Assembly: GCA_934747385.1 (NCBI GenBank)
Contig: CAKVGK010000003.1
Span: forward strand, 3,679-67,678
Direction of reading: 5' to 3'
Length of the DNA stretch: 64,000 bases
Source: an uncultured Clostridia bacterium
GTDB lineage: Bacteria > Bacillota > Clostridia > Christensenellales > UBA1242
A program made the translations under genes and the position numbers. Positions within the stretch are counted from its first letter, which is position 1, and each line of letters starts with the position of its first letter. The notes beneath the pieces are model-generated. The model had not been told where the DNA came from, did no database searches, and saw nothing but the letters and a program-made list of their open reading frames with translations. Of the stretch, positions 9,933-19,342 are shown one piece after another.

Positions 9933-9961
9933 TTGAAATTTTAAAAAAAATATGATAAAAT
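9933..9961 (+). promoter_or_regulatory. Sigma-70-type promoter: TTGAAA, 17-nt spacer containing TGn, then TAAAAT, ending 6 nt before the rlmD ATG
   Basis: TTGAAA at 9933-9938 and TGATAAAAT at 9953-9961. No SD lies between the -10 box and ATG 9968. Confidence 0.5.
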
Positions 9962-9967
9962 CGAAAT

Positions 9968-11221
9968 ATGAAAATTGAAATCACAAACTTAGGTATGAAT
10001 GGTGAAGGCGTTGGAAATTGCGAGGGCAAAATCATTTTTGTTAACAATGCGCTTCCTGATGAAACTGTTGAATGCGAAATTTTTAAAAATCATGATAATT
10101 ACGCAATTGCTAAACTTTTAAATATTATTGTTAGCTCTCCAAACCGCGTTGAACCATACTGCCCATATTATAGCATTTGCGGCGGGTGCGAACTACAACA
10201 CATGAACTATAAAACTCAACTCGAATTTAAACAAACTTTGGTTTCAAATACGTTAAAAAAAGTTGGAAACATACCTTGTCAAGTTAGCCCAACAATTGAA
10301 TGCGACAGTCAATTCAATTATCGCAATAAAATAACTTTTTCCTGCATTGAAAACGAACAGGGTTTTAAACAAAAAGCAACAAACAAAATTGTTGACGTGC
10401 AGTTTTGCCCACTTGCAAACGACAACATAAACAAAACTTTTGGACTTATTAAAGAATATCTTGCCAACTTCAAAATTAGAGGTATTAAAAACATTGTAAT
10501 TCGCACTTTGGAAAATCAAACTTTGATTGCAATTGTTACAAAAACAAAACAGAATTTATTTGGCTTGCTGGAATATTTAAAATCAAAAATCAACAACTTT
10601 GGACTTTTTAACGTAGTTAACAAAAGAAACGATTCGGTGGTTTTCACAAAAGAGATTTACCATGTTGGTGGATTAAAAAATATTAAACTTTTAAACCCTA
10701 AGTTTGAATTGAATATCGAAAGTTTTTATCAAACAAATTTAAATATTCAAACCAAACTTTACAATCACATTTTGGCACAAATTAATAAACAAGATTACGT
10801 TATTAATGGCTACAGCGGTGCTGGACTTTTGAGTGCTATTTTGGCAGCAAAAGCAAAAAGAGTTGTTGGAATTGAAATTAACAAATCCTCACATTTAAAC
10901 GCAGAAAATTTAAAAAAATGCAATAATATATCAAATTTAACCAATATTTGTGGTGATTTTTTTGAAAATTTTAAAAAATTAGCAAATAATTCATTCAATA
11001 CAATCGTCCTTGACCCAAGCAAAAAAGGTTGCGGAAAAGAAACAATGCAAGCAATAAATGGCATTGAAAAAATCGTTTATGTTTCTTGCAATCCAATTGC
11101 TCTTGCAAAAGATTTGCGAGAAATTGCAAACAATTATATTATCACCTCAATTCAGCCTTTTGACATGTTTCCAAACACCACCAGTGTTGAAACATGCGTG
11201 ACATTAATAAAGAAACATTAA
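9968..11221 (+). CDS. rlmD: 23S rRNA (uracil-5-)-methyltransferase, RumA/RlmD family (TRAM + 4Fe-4S + SAM MTase)
   Basis: 417-aa ORF with an N-terminal TRAM-like segment (ITNLGMNGEGVG), the cluster cysteines CPYYSICGGCELQHM, and a C-terminal MTase with SCNP. Confidence 0.85.
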   Translation: MKIEITNLGMNGEGVGNCEGKIIFVNNALPDETVECEIFKNHDNYAIAKLLNIIVSSPNRVEPYCPYYSICGGCELQHMNYKTQLEFKQTLVSNTLKKVGNIPCQVSPTIECDSQFNYRNKITFSCIENEQGFKQKATNKIVDVQFCPLANDNINKTFGLIKEYLANFKIRGIKNIVIRTLENQTLIAIVTKTKQNLFGLLEYLKSKINNFGLFNVVNKRNDSVVFTKEIYHVGGLKNIKLLNPKFELNIESFYQTNLNIQTKLYNHILAQINKQDYVINGYSGAGLLSAILAAKAKRVVGIEINKSSHLNAENLKKCNNISNLTNICGDFFENFKKLANNSFNTIVLDPSKKGCGKETMQAINGIEKIVYVSCNPIALAKDLREIANNYIITSIQPFDMFPNTTSVETCVTLIKKH

Positions 11222-11886
11222 TGTTCACTTTTTATCAATCTATATTGTTTTTTATCATAGTCAATTATGTTGTCTTTTTTCATTTTTCCAAGTTCATTTG
11301 AAAGTGCACTACGGTCAACCGAAAGATAGTTTGCAAGTTCAGTTACATTAAATGGTATTTCAAAATAATTGCTTTGATTTTTCTCTGTCATATACAAAAA
11401 GTAGGACAACAGTTTTTCTCTTATAGTTTTTTTGGACATAAATGAAAGTTTGTTTTGCAATTCAATATTGTTTTCAGCAATCATTTGATTGATTTTTTTA
11501 ATGATTATTTCATGACGTTTACACCTATTGTCACATTGATTTAAAAGCCTATATCTGTTCATAAACAGCACCAAAGTTTTTTCAGTTGCAATCAAACTAT
11601 CTTTATAATTAATGTTACCTGCATAAGCAGTTTCAATTCCATACGCTCCCCCCGCTTTTAACTGGGTTAAAATGTTGATATTTCCAAGATTGTCTAGATT
11701 TTCAATTTTTGCCCCTCCTTTAACAATCAAGACAACATTTTCCATAGGGTCGCCCTGCTTTACGATAGTTTGATGTTTTTCAAAAGTTTTAAACTTGGTT
11801 TTAAAACAAAACATCATTGCCTGACACTCAAACTCGTTAGAATAGGCAAAAATTTTAGTTTTAGATAACTCTTTAAAATATTCCAT
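11218..11886 (-). CDS. Crp/Fnr-family transcriptional regulator
   Basis: 222-aa ORF with an AAGGAGA SD. It has an N-terminal cNMP-binding-like beta-roll (VLIVKGGAKIE...) and a C-terminal HTH (TELANYLSVDRSALSNELGKM). It converges on rlmD with a 4-nt overlap. Confidence 0.8.
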   Translation of the reverse strand: MEYFKELSKTKIFAYSNEFECQAMMFCFKTKFKTFEKHQTIVKQGDPMENVVLIVKGGAKIENLDNLGNINILTQLKAGGAYGIETAYAGNINYKDSLIATEKTLVLFMNRYRLLNQCDNRCKRHEIIIKKINQMIAENNIELQNKLSFMSKKTIREKLLSYFLYMTEKNQSNYFEIPFNVTELANYLSVDRSALSNELGKMKKDNIIDYDKKQYRLIKSEH

Positions 11887-12009
11887 ATATTTCTCCTTTT
11901 TAAGTCAGGCAACAAGCCATTTTGCTTGCTAAATGGGTTATTACTGACACTCAAACTCGTTAGAATAGGCAAAAATTTTAGTTTTAGACAACTCTTTAAA
12001 ATATTCCAT
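11821..12009. repeat. Direct duplication (66 nt, 65/66 identical, copies 123 bp apart) of the first 22 codons of the Crp/Fnr gene
   Basis: Copy A is 11821-11886 (the true gene start). Copy B is 11944-12009, has its own GAGGTG SD and ATG, and runs into TAATAA after codon 22. Confidence 0.9.
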
Positions 12010-12247
12010 TTTTTCACCTCAACGCTCCGCCAACCTACATATTTGGTTAGTCAACACAAACCCACACAATTGACTTTTAAAAATTCTCAAAAAAGCCTAA
12101 ATCTGTTGTTAAAACAACACTTTTTACACTTTCAGTATAGTATAATGTGGTCAAGAAGTCAAGAAAAATGGCTTTTGGGGTTGAAAATTGTAGCAAGCAA
12201 TTTTTAATAAATTAATAATTTTTAATACTCAAAGGGAGGAAATTGCT

Positions 12248-14431
12248 ATGAAAGTTATTAAAAGAAATGGTCAAGAAGTAGTGTTCGACTCTAACAAAAT
12301 TAGGGTTGCCGTTGGCAAGGCAAACAATTGCATGGAAGACCCAAATAAAATGCTTACTGAGGCTCAAATTGACAAAATTGTTAGTAGTGTGACACACGAA
12401 TGTGAAGGTTTGGGTCGTGCTGTTGGCGTTGAGGAAATTCAAGACATGGTTGAGTTTGCCATCATGCGTGAAGGTAAATTTGATGTTGCAAAACATTATA
12501 TAACATATCGTTATGACCGCCAATTGGCACGTCAAAAGAACACGACTGACGATTCTGTTTTTGCACTTATAGACTGTCAAAATGAGGAAGTTAAGCAAGA
12601 AAACAGCAACAAAAATCCAACAGTAAACAGTGTTCAACGTGACTATATGGCGGGCGAAATGTCAAAAGACCTTACAAAAAGATTTTTGCTCCCTGAAGAT
12701 ATTTGGAAAGCACACGAAGAAGGGTTAATTCATTTTCATGATGCCGACTATTTTGCCCAACGCATGCACAATTGCGATTTGGTTAACTTAGAGGATATGC
12801 TTGAAAACGGTACTGTTATTTCCAACACTAAAATTGAACGTCCTCATTCGTTTTCAACGGCCTGCAACATTGCAACACAAATTGTAGCACAGGTTGCATC
12901 AAGTCAATATGGTGGTCAAAGCATAAGTCTCACACACCTAGCACCTTTTGTTGAAGTTTCTCGCCAAAAGATCCGCAAGCAAGTTGAAGAAGAGCTTGCA
13001 GAAGCCTGCAATGGAAACGTTGACTACGATTTGGTTCACAAAATCACTGAAAAACGCCTTCGTCAAGAAATCAATCGCGGCGTGCAGATACTACAATATC
13101 AAGTTATCACACTTATGACCACCAATGGACAAGCACCTTTCATCACAGTGTTTATGTATTTGGGTGAAGCCAAAAACGAACGCGAACGTGAAGATTTGGC
13201 AATGATTATTGAAGAAGTGCTTGAACAACGTTATCAAGGCGTTAAAAATGAAAAAGGTGTGTGGGTCACACCTGCTTTCCCAAAACTTATATATGTTTTG
13301 GAAGAAAACAACATTCACCCTGAAAGCAAATATTACTATCTCACTGAACTTGCCGCTAAATGCACTGCAAAAAGGCTTGTTCCAGACTATATCAGCGAAA
13401 AGAAAATGCTGGAACTCAAAGTGGACAAAAATGGTAAAGGTCACTGCTACACTTGCATGGGCTGCCGCAGTTTCTTAACCCCATACATTGACGAAAACGG
13501 AAAACCTAAATATTATGGGCGTTTTAATCAAGGCGTAGTGACTGTCAATTTAATTGATATTGCGTTATCTAGTCACAAAGACATGAAAGAATTTTGGAAA
13601 ATTTTTGACGAACGTATGGAACTTTGCCACCGCGCTTTGCAATGCAGGCATGAACGTTTGACCGGAACTCTAAGCGACGCCGCACCAATTTTGTGGCAAC
13701 ACGGCGCATTGACAAGGCTTAAACCTGGCGAAAAAATTGATAAATATTTGCACGGCGGTTATTCAACGCTCTCTCTTGGCTATGCTGGTCTTTGGGAAAC
13801 CGTTATGTATTTGAATGGCAAAAAATTGACCGAACCAGAAGGCAAAGAACTTGGGCTTCAAATTATGCGCAAATTGAACGAATACACCAAAAAGTGGAAA
13901 GAAGCCGAGAATATTGACTACTCTCTTTATGGAACACCTCTTGAAAGCACCACCTACAAATTTGCAAAATGTTTGCAACGCAGGTTTGGCATCATTCCTG
14001 GTGTGACAGACAAAAACTATATAACAAACAGTTACCATGTTCACGTTACAGAGCCTATTGACGCATTTAGCAAACTCGCTTTGGAAAGCGAATTCCAGGC
14101 TTTGAGCCCTGGTGGCGCAATCAGTTATGTTGAAGTGCCAAATATGCAAAATAACATTGAGGCAGTGCTTCAAGTTATGAAATTTATTTATGACAACATT
14201 ATGTACGCAGAACTCAACACAAAATCCGACTATTGCCAAGTTTGCGGCTATGACGGCGAAATTCAAATTGAAGAAGACAAGGACGGAAAATTGATTTGGG
14301 TTTGCCCAAATTGCGGAAACAAAGACCAAACAAAAATGAATGTTGCAAGGCGCACTTGCGGTTATATTGGAAGCCAATTTTGGAACCAAGGCAGGACTCA
14401 AGAAATTCGTGACCGCGTGTTACATTTATAA
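12248..14431 (+). CDS. nrdD: Anaerobic ribonucleoside-triphosphate reductase (class III)
   Basis: 727-aa ORF with a GGGAGGAA SD, an N-terminal ATP-cone, a C-terminal Zn site (CQVCGY...CPNCG) and the glycyl-radical tail RTCGYIG. Confidence 0.95.
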   Translation: MKVIKRNGQEVVFDSNKIRVAVGKANNCMEDPNKMLTEAQIDKIVSSVTHECEGLGRAVGVEEIQDMVEFAIMREGKFDVAKHYITYRYDRQLARQKNTTDDSVFALIDCQNEEVKQENSNKNPTVNSVQRDYMAGEMSKDLTKRFLLPEDIWKAHEEGLIHFHDADYFAQRMHNCDLVNLEDMLENGTVISNTKIERPHSFSTACNIATQIVAQVASSQYGGQSISLTHLAPFVEVSRQKIRKQVEEELAEACNGNVDYDLVHKITEKRLRQEINRGVQILQYQVITLMTTNGQAPFITVFMYLGEAKNEREREDLAMIIEEVLEQRYQGVKNEKGVWVTPAFPKLIYVLEENNIHPESKYYYLTELAAKCTAKRLVPDYISEKKMLELKVDKNGKGHCYTCMGCRSFLTPYIDENGKPKYYGRFNQGVVTVNLIDIALSSHKDMKEFWKIFDERMELCHRALQCRHERLTGTLSDAAPILWQHGALTRLKPGEKIDKYLHGGYSTLSLGYAGLWETVMYLNGKKLTEPEGKELGLQIMRKLNEYTKKWKEAENIDYSLYGTPLESTTYKFAKCLQRRFGIIPGVTDKNYITNSYHVHVTEPIDAFSKLALESEFQALSPGGAISYVEVPNMQNNIEAVLQVMKFIYDNIMYAELNTKSDYCQVCGYDGEIQIEEDKDGKLIWVCPNCGNKDQTKMNVARRTCGYIGSQFWNQGRTQEIRDRVLHL

Positions 14432-14550
14432 AAAATAATAAAAATATTAAAAAATTGTTAAAAATTTAATTATAAACACAAAAAATATTGATTTTATTAT
14501 AATTTTTAAAAATAATTAAATTATTTAATAGATTGGAATTTCTAAATTTT

Positions 14551-15120
14551 ATGAATTACTCAAACATTAAATTCAACGACATTGCAAACGGAGAAGGCGT
14601 AAGAACTTCTCTGTTTGTGAGTGGTTGCACTCACCATTGCAAAAATTGTTTCAACAAGGAAGCTTGGGATTTCAATTATGGCAAAATTTTTGATGAAAAT
14701 GTGCAAAACAAAATTATTGAAAGTTTAAAACCAGACTATATAAATGGGCTAACTTTGTTGGGAGGCGAACCTATGGAACCAGCCAATCAAAAAGGACTGA
14801 TTGATTTTGTTAAAAAGGTTAAAGCAACCTACCCAAACAAAACAATATGGTGTTATTCTGGCTACACATGGGAACAGTTGACCGCGCCTAGCAGAGCCTT
14901 CTGCCCTTGGACAAGGGAGTTGCTGAATCAAATTGACATTTTGGTTGATGGCGAATTTGTTGAAGAAAAGAAGGATATAACTTTAAGGTTTAAAGGTTCA
15001 AGCAATCAACGTATTATTGATGTGCAAAAATCGTTAAAAACAAATCAAATTGTTTTGAGCCCATTTAATGAAAAACGACTAAAAACTTTTAAAAAAGAAA
15101 ACAATGAAATTGCAATTTAG
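14551..15120 (+). CDS. nrdG: Anaerobic ribonucleotide reductase activating protein (radical SAM)
   Basis: Track ORF starts at TTG 14533. I prefer ATG 14551 (MNYSNIKFNDIANGEGVRTSLFVSGCTHHCKNCFN), which matches the canonical NrdG N-terminus and CxxxCxxC cluster. Confidence 0.9.
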   Translation: MNYSNIKFNDIANGEGVRTSLFVSGCTHHCKNCFNKEAWDFNYGKIFDENVQNKIIESLKPDYINGLTLLGGEPMEPANQKGLIDFVKKVKATYPNKTIWCYSGYTWEQLTAPSRAFCPWTRELLNQIDILVDGEFVEEKKDITLRFKGSSNQRIIDVQKSLKTNQIVLSPFNEKRLKTFKKENNEIAI

Positions 15121-15173
15121 TTTAAAAAAATTAAAAAACAATTATTTACAAAAATATATTTTTATTTCACTTA

Positions 15174-15200
15174 AAATTCACTGAAAAAGTGAATTTTTTT
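15174..15200 (+). terminator. Intrinsic terminator after nrdG
   Basis: AAATTCAC-tgaaaaa-GTGAATTT followed by a T-run. Confidence 0.7.
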
Positions 15201-15404
15201 ATTGTTATGAACAACAAACCACATTTATGAGCGTATGCGAAATAAATTGGTTTATTATTTTCCAAAAATTTAACATATTTTTATAATTATTTTGAATTTT
15301 TAGATAATTTATTTAATTTTTTATTTTAATTAATTTTAGATTTAATATTTACAAAAAGGGTGTTTTAATGTATAATTATTTAAAGTGAATTTAAAGAAGG
15401 TTTT

Positions 15405-15572
15405 ATGGCTAAAGTTAAAATATTAAAAAAATTACCAAAATCAAAAACAAAATACAGCAAGACTATTGGCAAAGTTGTGCCGCATGATAGGGCAAGTTCA
15501 AACTCTTTTGCGGATAAATATTTGCAGTTTTATGACGACATTAAAATCAACAGCAAGCGTAATGATTGGTAA
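15405..15572 (+). CDS. Possible small basic protein (55 aa), hypothetical
   Basis: Found by eye (below the track cutoff): AAGAAGG SD, ATG 15405, MAKVKILKKLPKSKTKYSKTIGKVVPHDRASSNSFADKYLQFYDDIKINSKRNDW. TATAAT at 15371. There is no homology evidence. Confidence 0.25.
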   Translation: MAKVKILKKLPKSKTKYSKTIGKVVPHDRASSNSFADKYLQFYDDIKINSKRNDW

Positions 15573-15679
15573 AAATTTTACTCTGGCGAATTTAAGTGGA
15601 GATATTGAAGTTGTTGAAATTATTGAATAATTAATAAAAATGTTTAAAAAAACATATATATAATTTAATTTTTTACTTA

Positions 15680-15716
15680 AAAAACGGAAGTTTAAATTAT
15701 TTGCTTCCGTTTTTTT
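15680..15716. terminator. Bidirectional intrinsic terminator
   Basis: AAAA-ACGGAAG-13 nt loop-CTTCCGT-TTTTTT. Confidence 0.7.
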
Positions 15717-15766
15717 ATTTATAACTTGTCTAGTTTTGCACCAAATATTATTTAATCATAAATTGA

Positions 15767-16615
15767 TTATTTATTTAATTTTGGTTTTTGCTTTTTTTCA
15801 ATAATCCAAGCAGCAAGCCACAATCCACCACACAACACAATGGTTACAATAATGCAAATTAAAATGCAATTGCCAGAGTTGGCAATGTTGTAATAAATCA
15901 TAATTGGTTTTTCAAGTTCGCCCTCATCAACTTTCCAAACATGATAATAATTTCCATTTTGTTGAGTCACATAATCCGCATCACTGTGCTCTCTTCGTAA
16001 ATCTGTTTCATAAGTGAATGTTAAATTGGCTTTGTTGTTAGCAACAATTTCTGGGTGTAAAGCTGCCAATCTTGTTTTGACTTGACTATAAAGTGAAGTG
16101 TAATCTGCATACATTGTTAAGCCATAATAATAACATTTTGTGTAAAGAAAGTGCTTTTCAGTTTTGTATTTTGGCGACTGGTTTTGTGTTATGTTGTAAT
16201 AATATCTATAAACATTTGCATTTTTAAACCTTATGCCAAACTCATAACTGGACGTGGAATTAGAATTGTCCACAATTGGTGTTATGCCATTTAAGCACGA
16301 AGACAGAAAATTCAGTTGTTCCTGATCAGTTGTTGAGAGCATGTCCACCTGCACCCTTGTGTTAAAATCATTGCATATGCTTTGGCAAGTTTGGGAGCCA
16401 ATTGTTTTTACGTCTGTTTTGAAATTAAAAATGTCGTCTGTTGAATAGCCCTGTGAAATCAAATCGTTATCGTCAATTTGTACGCTTACAATTTCGTCCA
16501 CACTGCCGTCCGCATTGATTTTTGTTGTTGAGTCCACAGACGAGCACGCAGAAAAACAAAACATTGCAACGAACAATGCCAAACACACAAAAGCACGCAA
16601 AATTTTATTTTTCAT
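15767..16615 (-). CDS. Putative lipoprotein with C-terminal TM anchor, unknown function
   Basis: Track ORF extends to 16678. I prefer ATG 16615 (MKNKILRAFVCLALFVAMFCFSACSS), which gives a lipoprotein signal peptide with a lipobox (FSAC). Hydrophobic C-terminus CILICIIVTIVLCGGLWLAAWII. Confidence 0.6.
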   Translation of the reverse strand: MKNKILRAFVCLALFVAMFCFSACSSVDSTTKINADGSVDEIVSVQIDDNDLISQGYSTDDIFNFKTDVKTIGSQTCQSICNDFNTRVQVDMLSTTDQEQLNFLSSCLNGITPIVDNSNSTSSYEFGIRFKNANVYRYYYNITQNQSPKYKTEKHFLYTKCYYYGLTMYADYTSLYSQVKTRLAALHPEIVANNKANLTFTYETDLRREHSDADYVTQQNGNYYHVWKVDEGELEKPIMIYYNIANSGNCILICIIVTIVLCGGLWLAAWIIEKKQKPKLNK

Positions 16616-16677
16616 ATGGTATTTTATTCCTAAATTATTGATTACATACATTATACAAAAAAATGTCCTCAATTTCA

Positions 16678-16721
16678 AATAAAAAGAAGCTTAATTGTTC
16701 TTTGATTAAAATTAAGCCTCT
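16678..16721 (-). terminator. Intrinsic terminator downstream of gyrA
   Basis: An 11-bp stem (AGAGGCTTAAT/ATTAAGCTTCT on the minus strand, with one G-U pair that would be an A-C mismatch on the plus strand) followed by a minus-strand T-run. Confidence 0.55.
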
Positions 16722-16758
16722 TTTGTATATTTTTAATGAATTATTAAATCAAACAAGA

Positions 16759-19320
16759 TTAAATTAAATCATTGTCTTGGTTTTCATTAGCAACCTCAGT
16801 TGTGTTGCTGATTTCAATTTCTGTTGCTTCATTTTCGGCAGTTTCCAAATCATTTGGTTCAGAGGTCTCAGTTTCTTCATCTTCCGCTCTGTCAACAATG
16901 GCAACACTAACAACTGAATCGTTTGCGCTTACTTTCATAAGACGGACACCCATGCTTGTTCTGCCAACCAAATTGATTGAATCAGCATTTGTTCTTATCA
17001 TAACACCATCGCCAGAAATTGCTAAAATGTCGTTATCTGCACAGACGTTTTTAAGTGCGACCACCTTACCTGTTTTTTCATTAAACACGCCTGCCTTAAT
17101 GCCTTTACCGCGTCTGCCTTGCAAACGATAATCTTCTGGTTTGCTGCGTTTTGCATAGCCTTTTTCTGTAACTGTCAACACGTCAAGTGCTGAGTCAAGA
17201 ACAATCATGTCCACAATGCTTTCACCTTCACCAATTTTCATTGACCTTACGCCCCTACCTGTACGCCCCATGCTGCGAACGCCAGTTTCACTAAAGCGCA
17301 AAGCTTTGCCATTATCTGCAACCATTAACAATTCTTGCTTTGGCTCAACCAATTTGGCGCTAACCAGACTATCGCCCTCCATAAGTTTGATTGCGATTTT
17401 ACCATTTTTGCGAACTTGAGCAAACTCGCTGCATTTTGTCTTTTTAATGTAACCATTTTTGGTTGCTATGAGCAAATTTTTGTTTTCGTCATAATCAAAT
17501 TTTAAAATTGTGTTTATCTTTTCATCTGCTTCAAGTGGAAGCAAGTTGATAAGCGCACGACCTTTGTTCTGTCTGCCCGCTTCTGGAATCATATATGCTT
17601 TAAGAACATAAACTTTGCCTTTGTTGCTGAAGAACATAACATTGTCATGGCTGTTAAGCACAAACATATCTGTAACAAAATCTTCTTCCTTGGTTTTGTG
17701 AGCGTTTACGCCACGGCCGCCACGGTGCTGAGATTTATATTCACTAACTGGCAAACGTTTAACATAGCCTTGATTTGTAAGTGACAAAACAACGTCGTGT
17801 TTTTCGATAAGGTCACCAATGTCAATGTCGCTGTAATCCATAACGATTTTTGTTTTTCTTGGTGTTGGATATTTATTTTTGATTTCTGTAAGTTCATCAC
17901 GAATAATTTGGCTTACGCGTGCTGGATCTGCCAAAATTGCTTTAAGTTCCACAATGGTTTTTTCAAGTTCCACACATTCTGCTTTAAGTTTTTCAACTTC
18001 CAAGCCAGTGAGTCTGCTCAATTTCATTTCAAGAATTGCGTTCGCTTGACGGTCAGTCAAACCAAAACGGTCTTGCAAACTGGTTGATGCTGCAACTTTG
18101 TCTGTGCTCTTTTTAATGATTGCAATAACTTCGTCAATATTGTTAACTGCAATAACCAAACCTTCCAAAATATGTGCACGCTCTTCTGCCTTTTTGAGGT
18201 CATATTGTGTGCGGCGAGTGATAACTTCGCGTTGGAATTGAAGATAGTTAAACAAAACTTCTTGCAAATTGAGTATTTTTGGACGATTGTCAACAAGCGC
18301 AAGCATGATTATGCCGCTAGAAAGTTGCAATTGTGTTTGCTTGTAAAGCATGTTGAGCACAATTTGAGGTGTTGCGTCCTTTTTAAGTTCAATAACAATA
18401 CGCATACCGTCACGACCGGATTCATCACGCAAGTCGCTTATGCCGTCTATCTTTTTATCTTTAACCAAATTGGCAATTTGTTGAATTAAACGTGCCTTGT
18501 TAACTTGATACGGAATGGCTGTTACAACAATGCGCCAACGTTTGCCGCTATCGTAACTTTCGATATCTGCTTTTGCACGCATAACAACGCCACCACGACC
18601 AGTGCGATATGCTTCTTTAATGGCATTGTTTGCTAAAATTTCGCCACCGGTTGGGAAGTCTGGTGCTGGAATAATTTCACACAATTCATCAATTGTGATA
18701 TTTGGGTTGTCAATCATTGCAATAACTGCGTCGATAACTTCGTTAAGGTTGTGTGGAGGAATGTTTGTTGCCATACCAACCGCAATACCGTCACTGCCAT
18801 TAACCAACAAGTTTGGGAAACGGCTTGGCAAAACTCTTGGCTGCAAAGCAGTTCCATCAAAGTTTGGATAAAAGTCAACAGTGTCCTTATCAATATCGCG
18901 CAAAAGTTCGCTTGCAACCTTGCTTAAACGGGCTTCAGTGTAACGATAAGCAGCCGCGCCATCGCCGTCCACTGAACCAAAGTTTCCGTGCCCATCAATA
19001 AGTGGCTCATTGATTGTGAAGTCCTGTGCCAAACGGACAAGTGCATCATAAACTGAACTATCACCATGTGGGTGATATTTACCAAGCACGTCACCTACGA
19101 TTTTGGCACATTTTCTAAATGGTTTGTCGCAAGTTAAACCAATCTCATTCATCGAGTACAAAATACGGCGATGAACAGGTTTAAGACCATCGCGCACGTC
19201 AGGAATTGCACGTGAAACATTAACAGCCATTGCGTATGCAATGAACGACTCTTTCATTTCGTGTTCCACGTCAATATCAATGTATTTTGTATTGTCGATT
19301 TTTTCAAAAATTTCTGACAT
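16759..19320 (-). CDS. gyrA: DNA gyrase subunit A
   Basis: 853-aa ORF with the active-site region AAAYRYTEARLS and a GyrA-box-like QHRGGRG in the C-terminal beta-pinwheel. It sits directly downstream of gyrB. Confidence 0.97.
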   Translation of the reverse strand: MSEIFEKIDNTKYIDIDVEHEMKESFIAYAMAVNVSRAIPDVRDGLKPVHRRILYSMNEIGLTCDKPFRKCAKIVGDVLGKYHPHGDSSVYDALVRLAQDFTINEPLIDGHGNFGSVDGDGAAAYRYTEARLSKVASELLRDIDKDTVDFYPNFDGTALQPRVLPSRFPNLLVNGSDGIAVGMATNIPPHNLNEVIDAVIAMIDNPNITIDELCEIIPAPDFPTGGEILANNAIKEAYRTGRGGVVMRAKADIESYDSGKRWRIVVTAIPYQVNKARLIQQIANLVKDKKIDGISDLRDESGRDGMRIVIELKKDATPQIVLNMLYKQTQLQLSSGIIMLALVDNRPKILNLQEVLFNYLQFQREVITRRTQYDLKKAEERAHILEGLVIAVNNIDEVIAIIKKSTDKVAASTSLQDRFGLTDRQANAILEMKLSRLTGLEVEKLKAECVELEKTIVELKAILADPARVSQIIRDELTEIKNKYPTPRKTKIVMDYSDIDIGDLIEKHDVVLSLTNQGYVKRLPVSEYKSQHRGGRGVNAHKTKEEDFVTDMFVLNSHDNVMFFSNKGKVYVLKAYMIPEAGRQNKGRALINLLPLEADEKINTILKFDYDENKNLLIATKNGYIKKTKCSEFAQVRKNGKIAIKLMEGDSLVSAKLVEPKQELLMVADNGKALRFSETGVRSMGRTGRGVRSMKIGEGESIVDMIVLDSALDVLTVTEKGYAKRSKPEDYRLQGRRGKGIKAGVFNEKTGKVVALKNVCADNDILAISGDGVMIRTNADSINLVGRTSMGVRLMKVSANDSVVSVAIVDRAEDEETETSEPNDLETAENEATEIEISNTTEVANENQDNDLI

Positions 19321-19342
19321 AATATTTTCCTTTTTTGCCTAA

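Noticed and set aside
12018-12247. NrdR boxes or an FNR site (TTGAT-N4-ATCAA) upstream of nrdD
   Set aside because: There is no pair of 16-bp ACAC...GTGT palindromes. TTGAC-N11-CTCAA has the wrong spacing. Only a plausible TATAAT (12141-12146) without a convincing -35 was seen.
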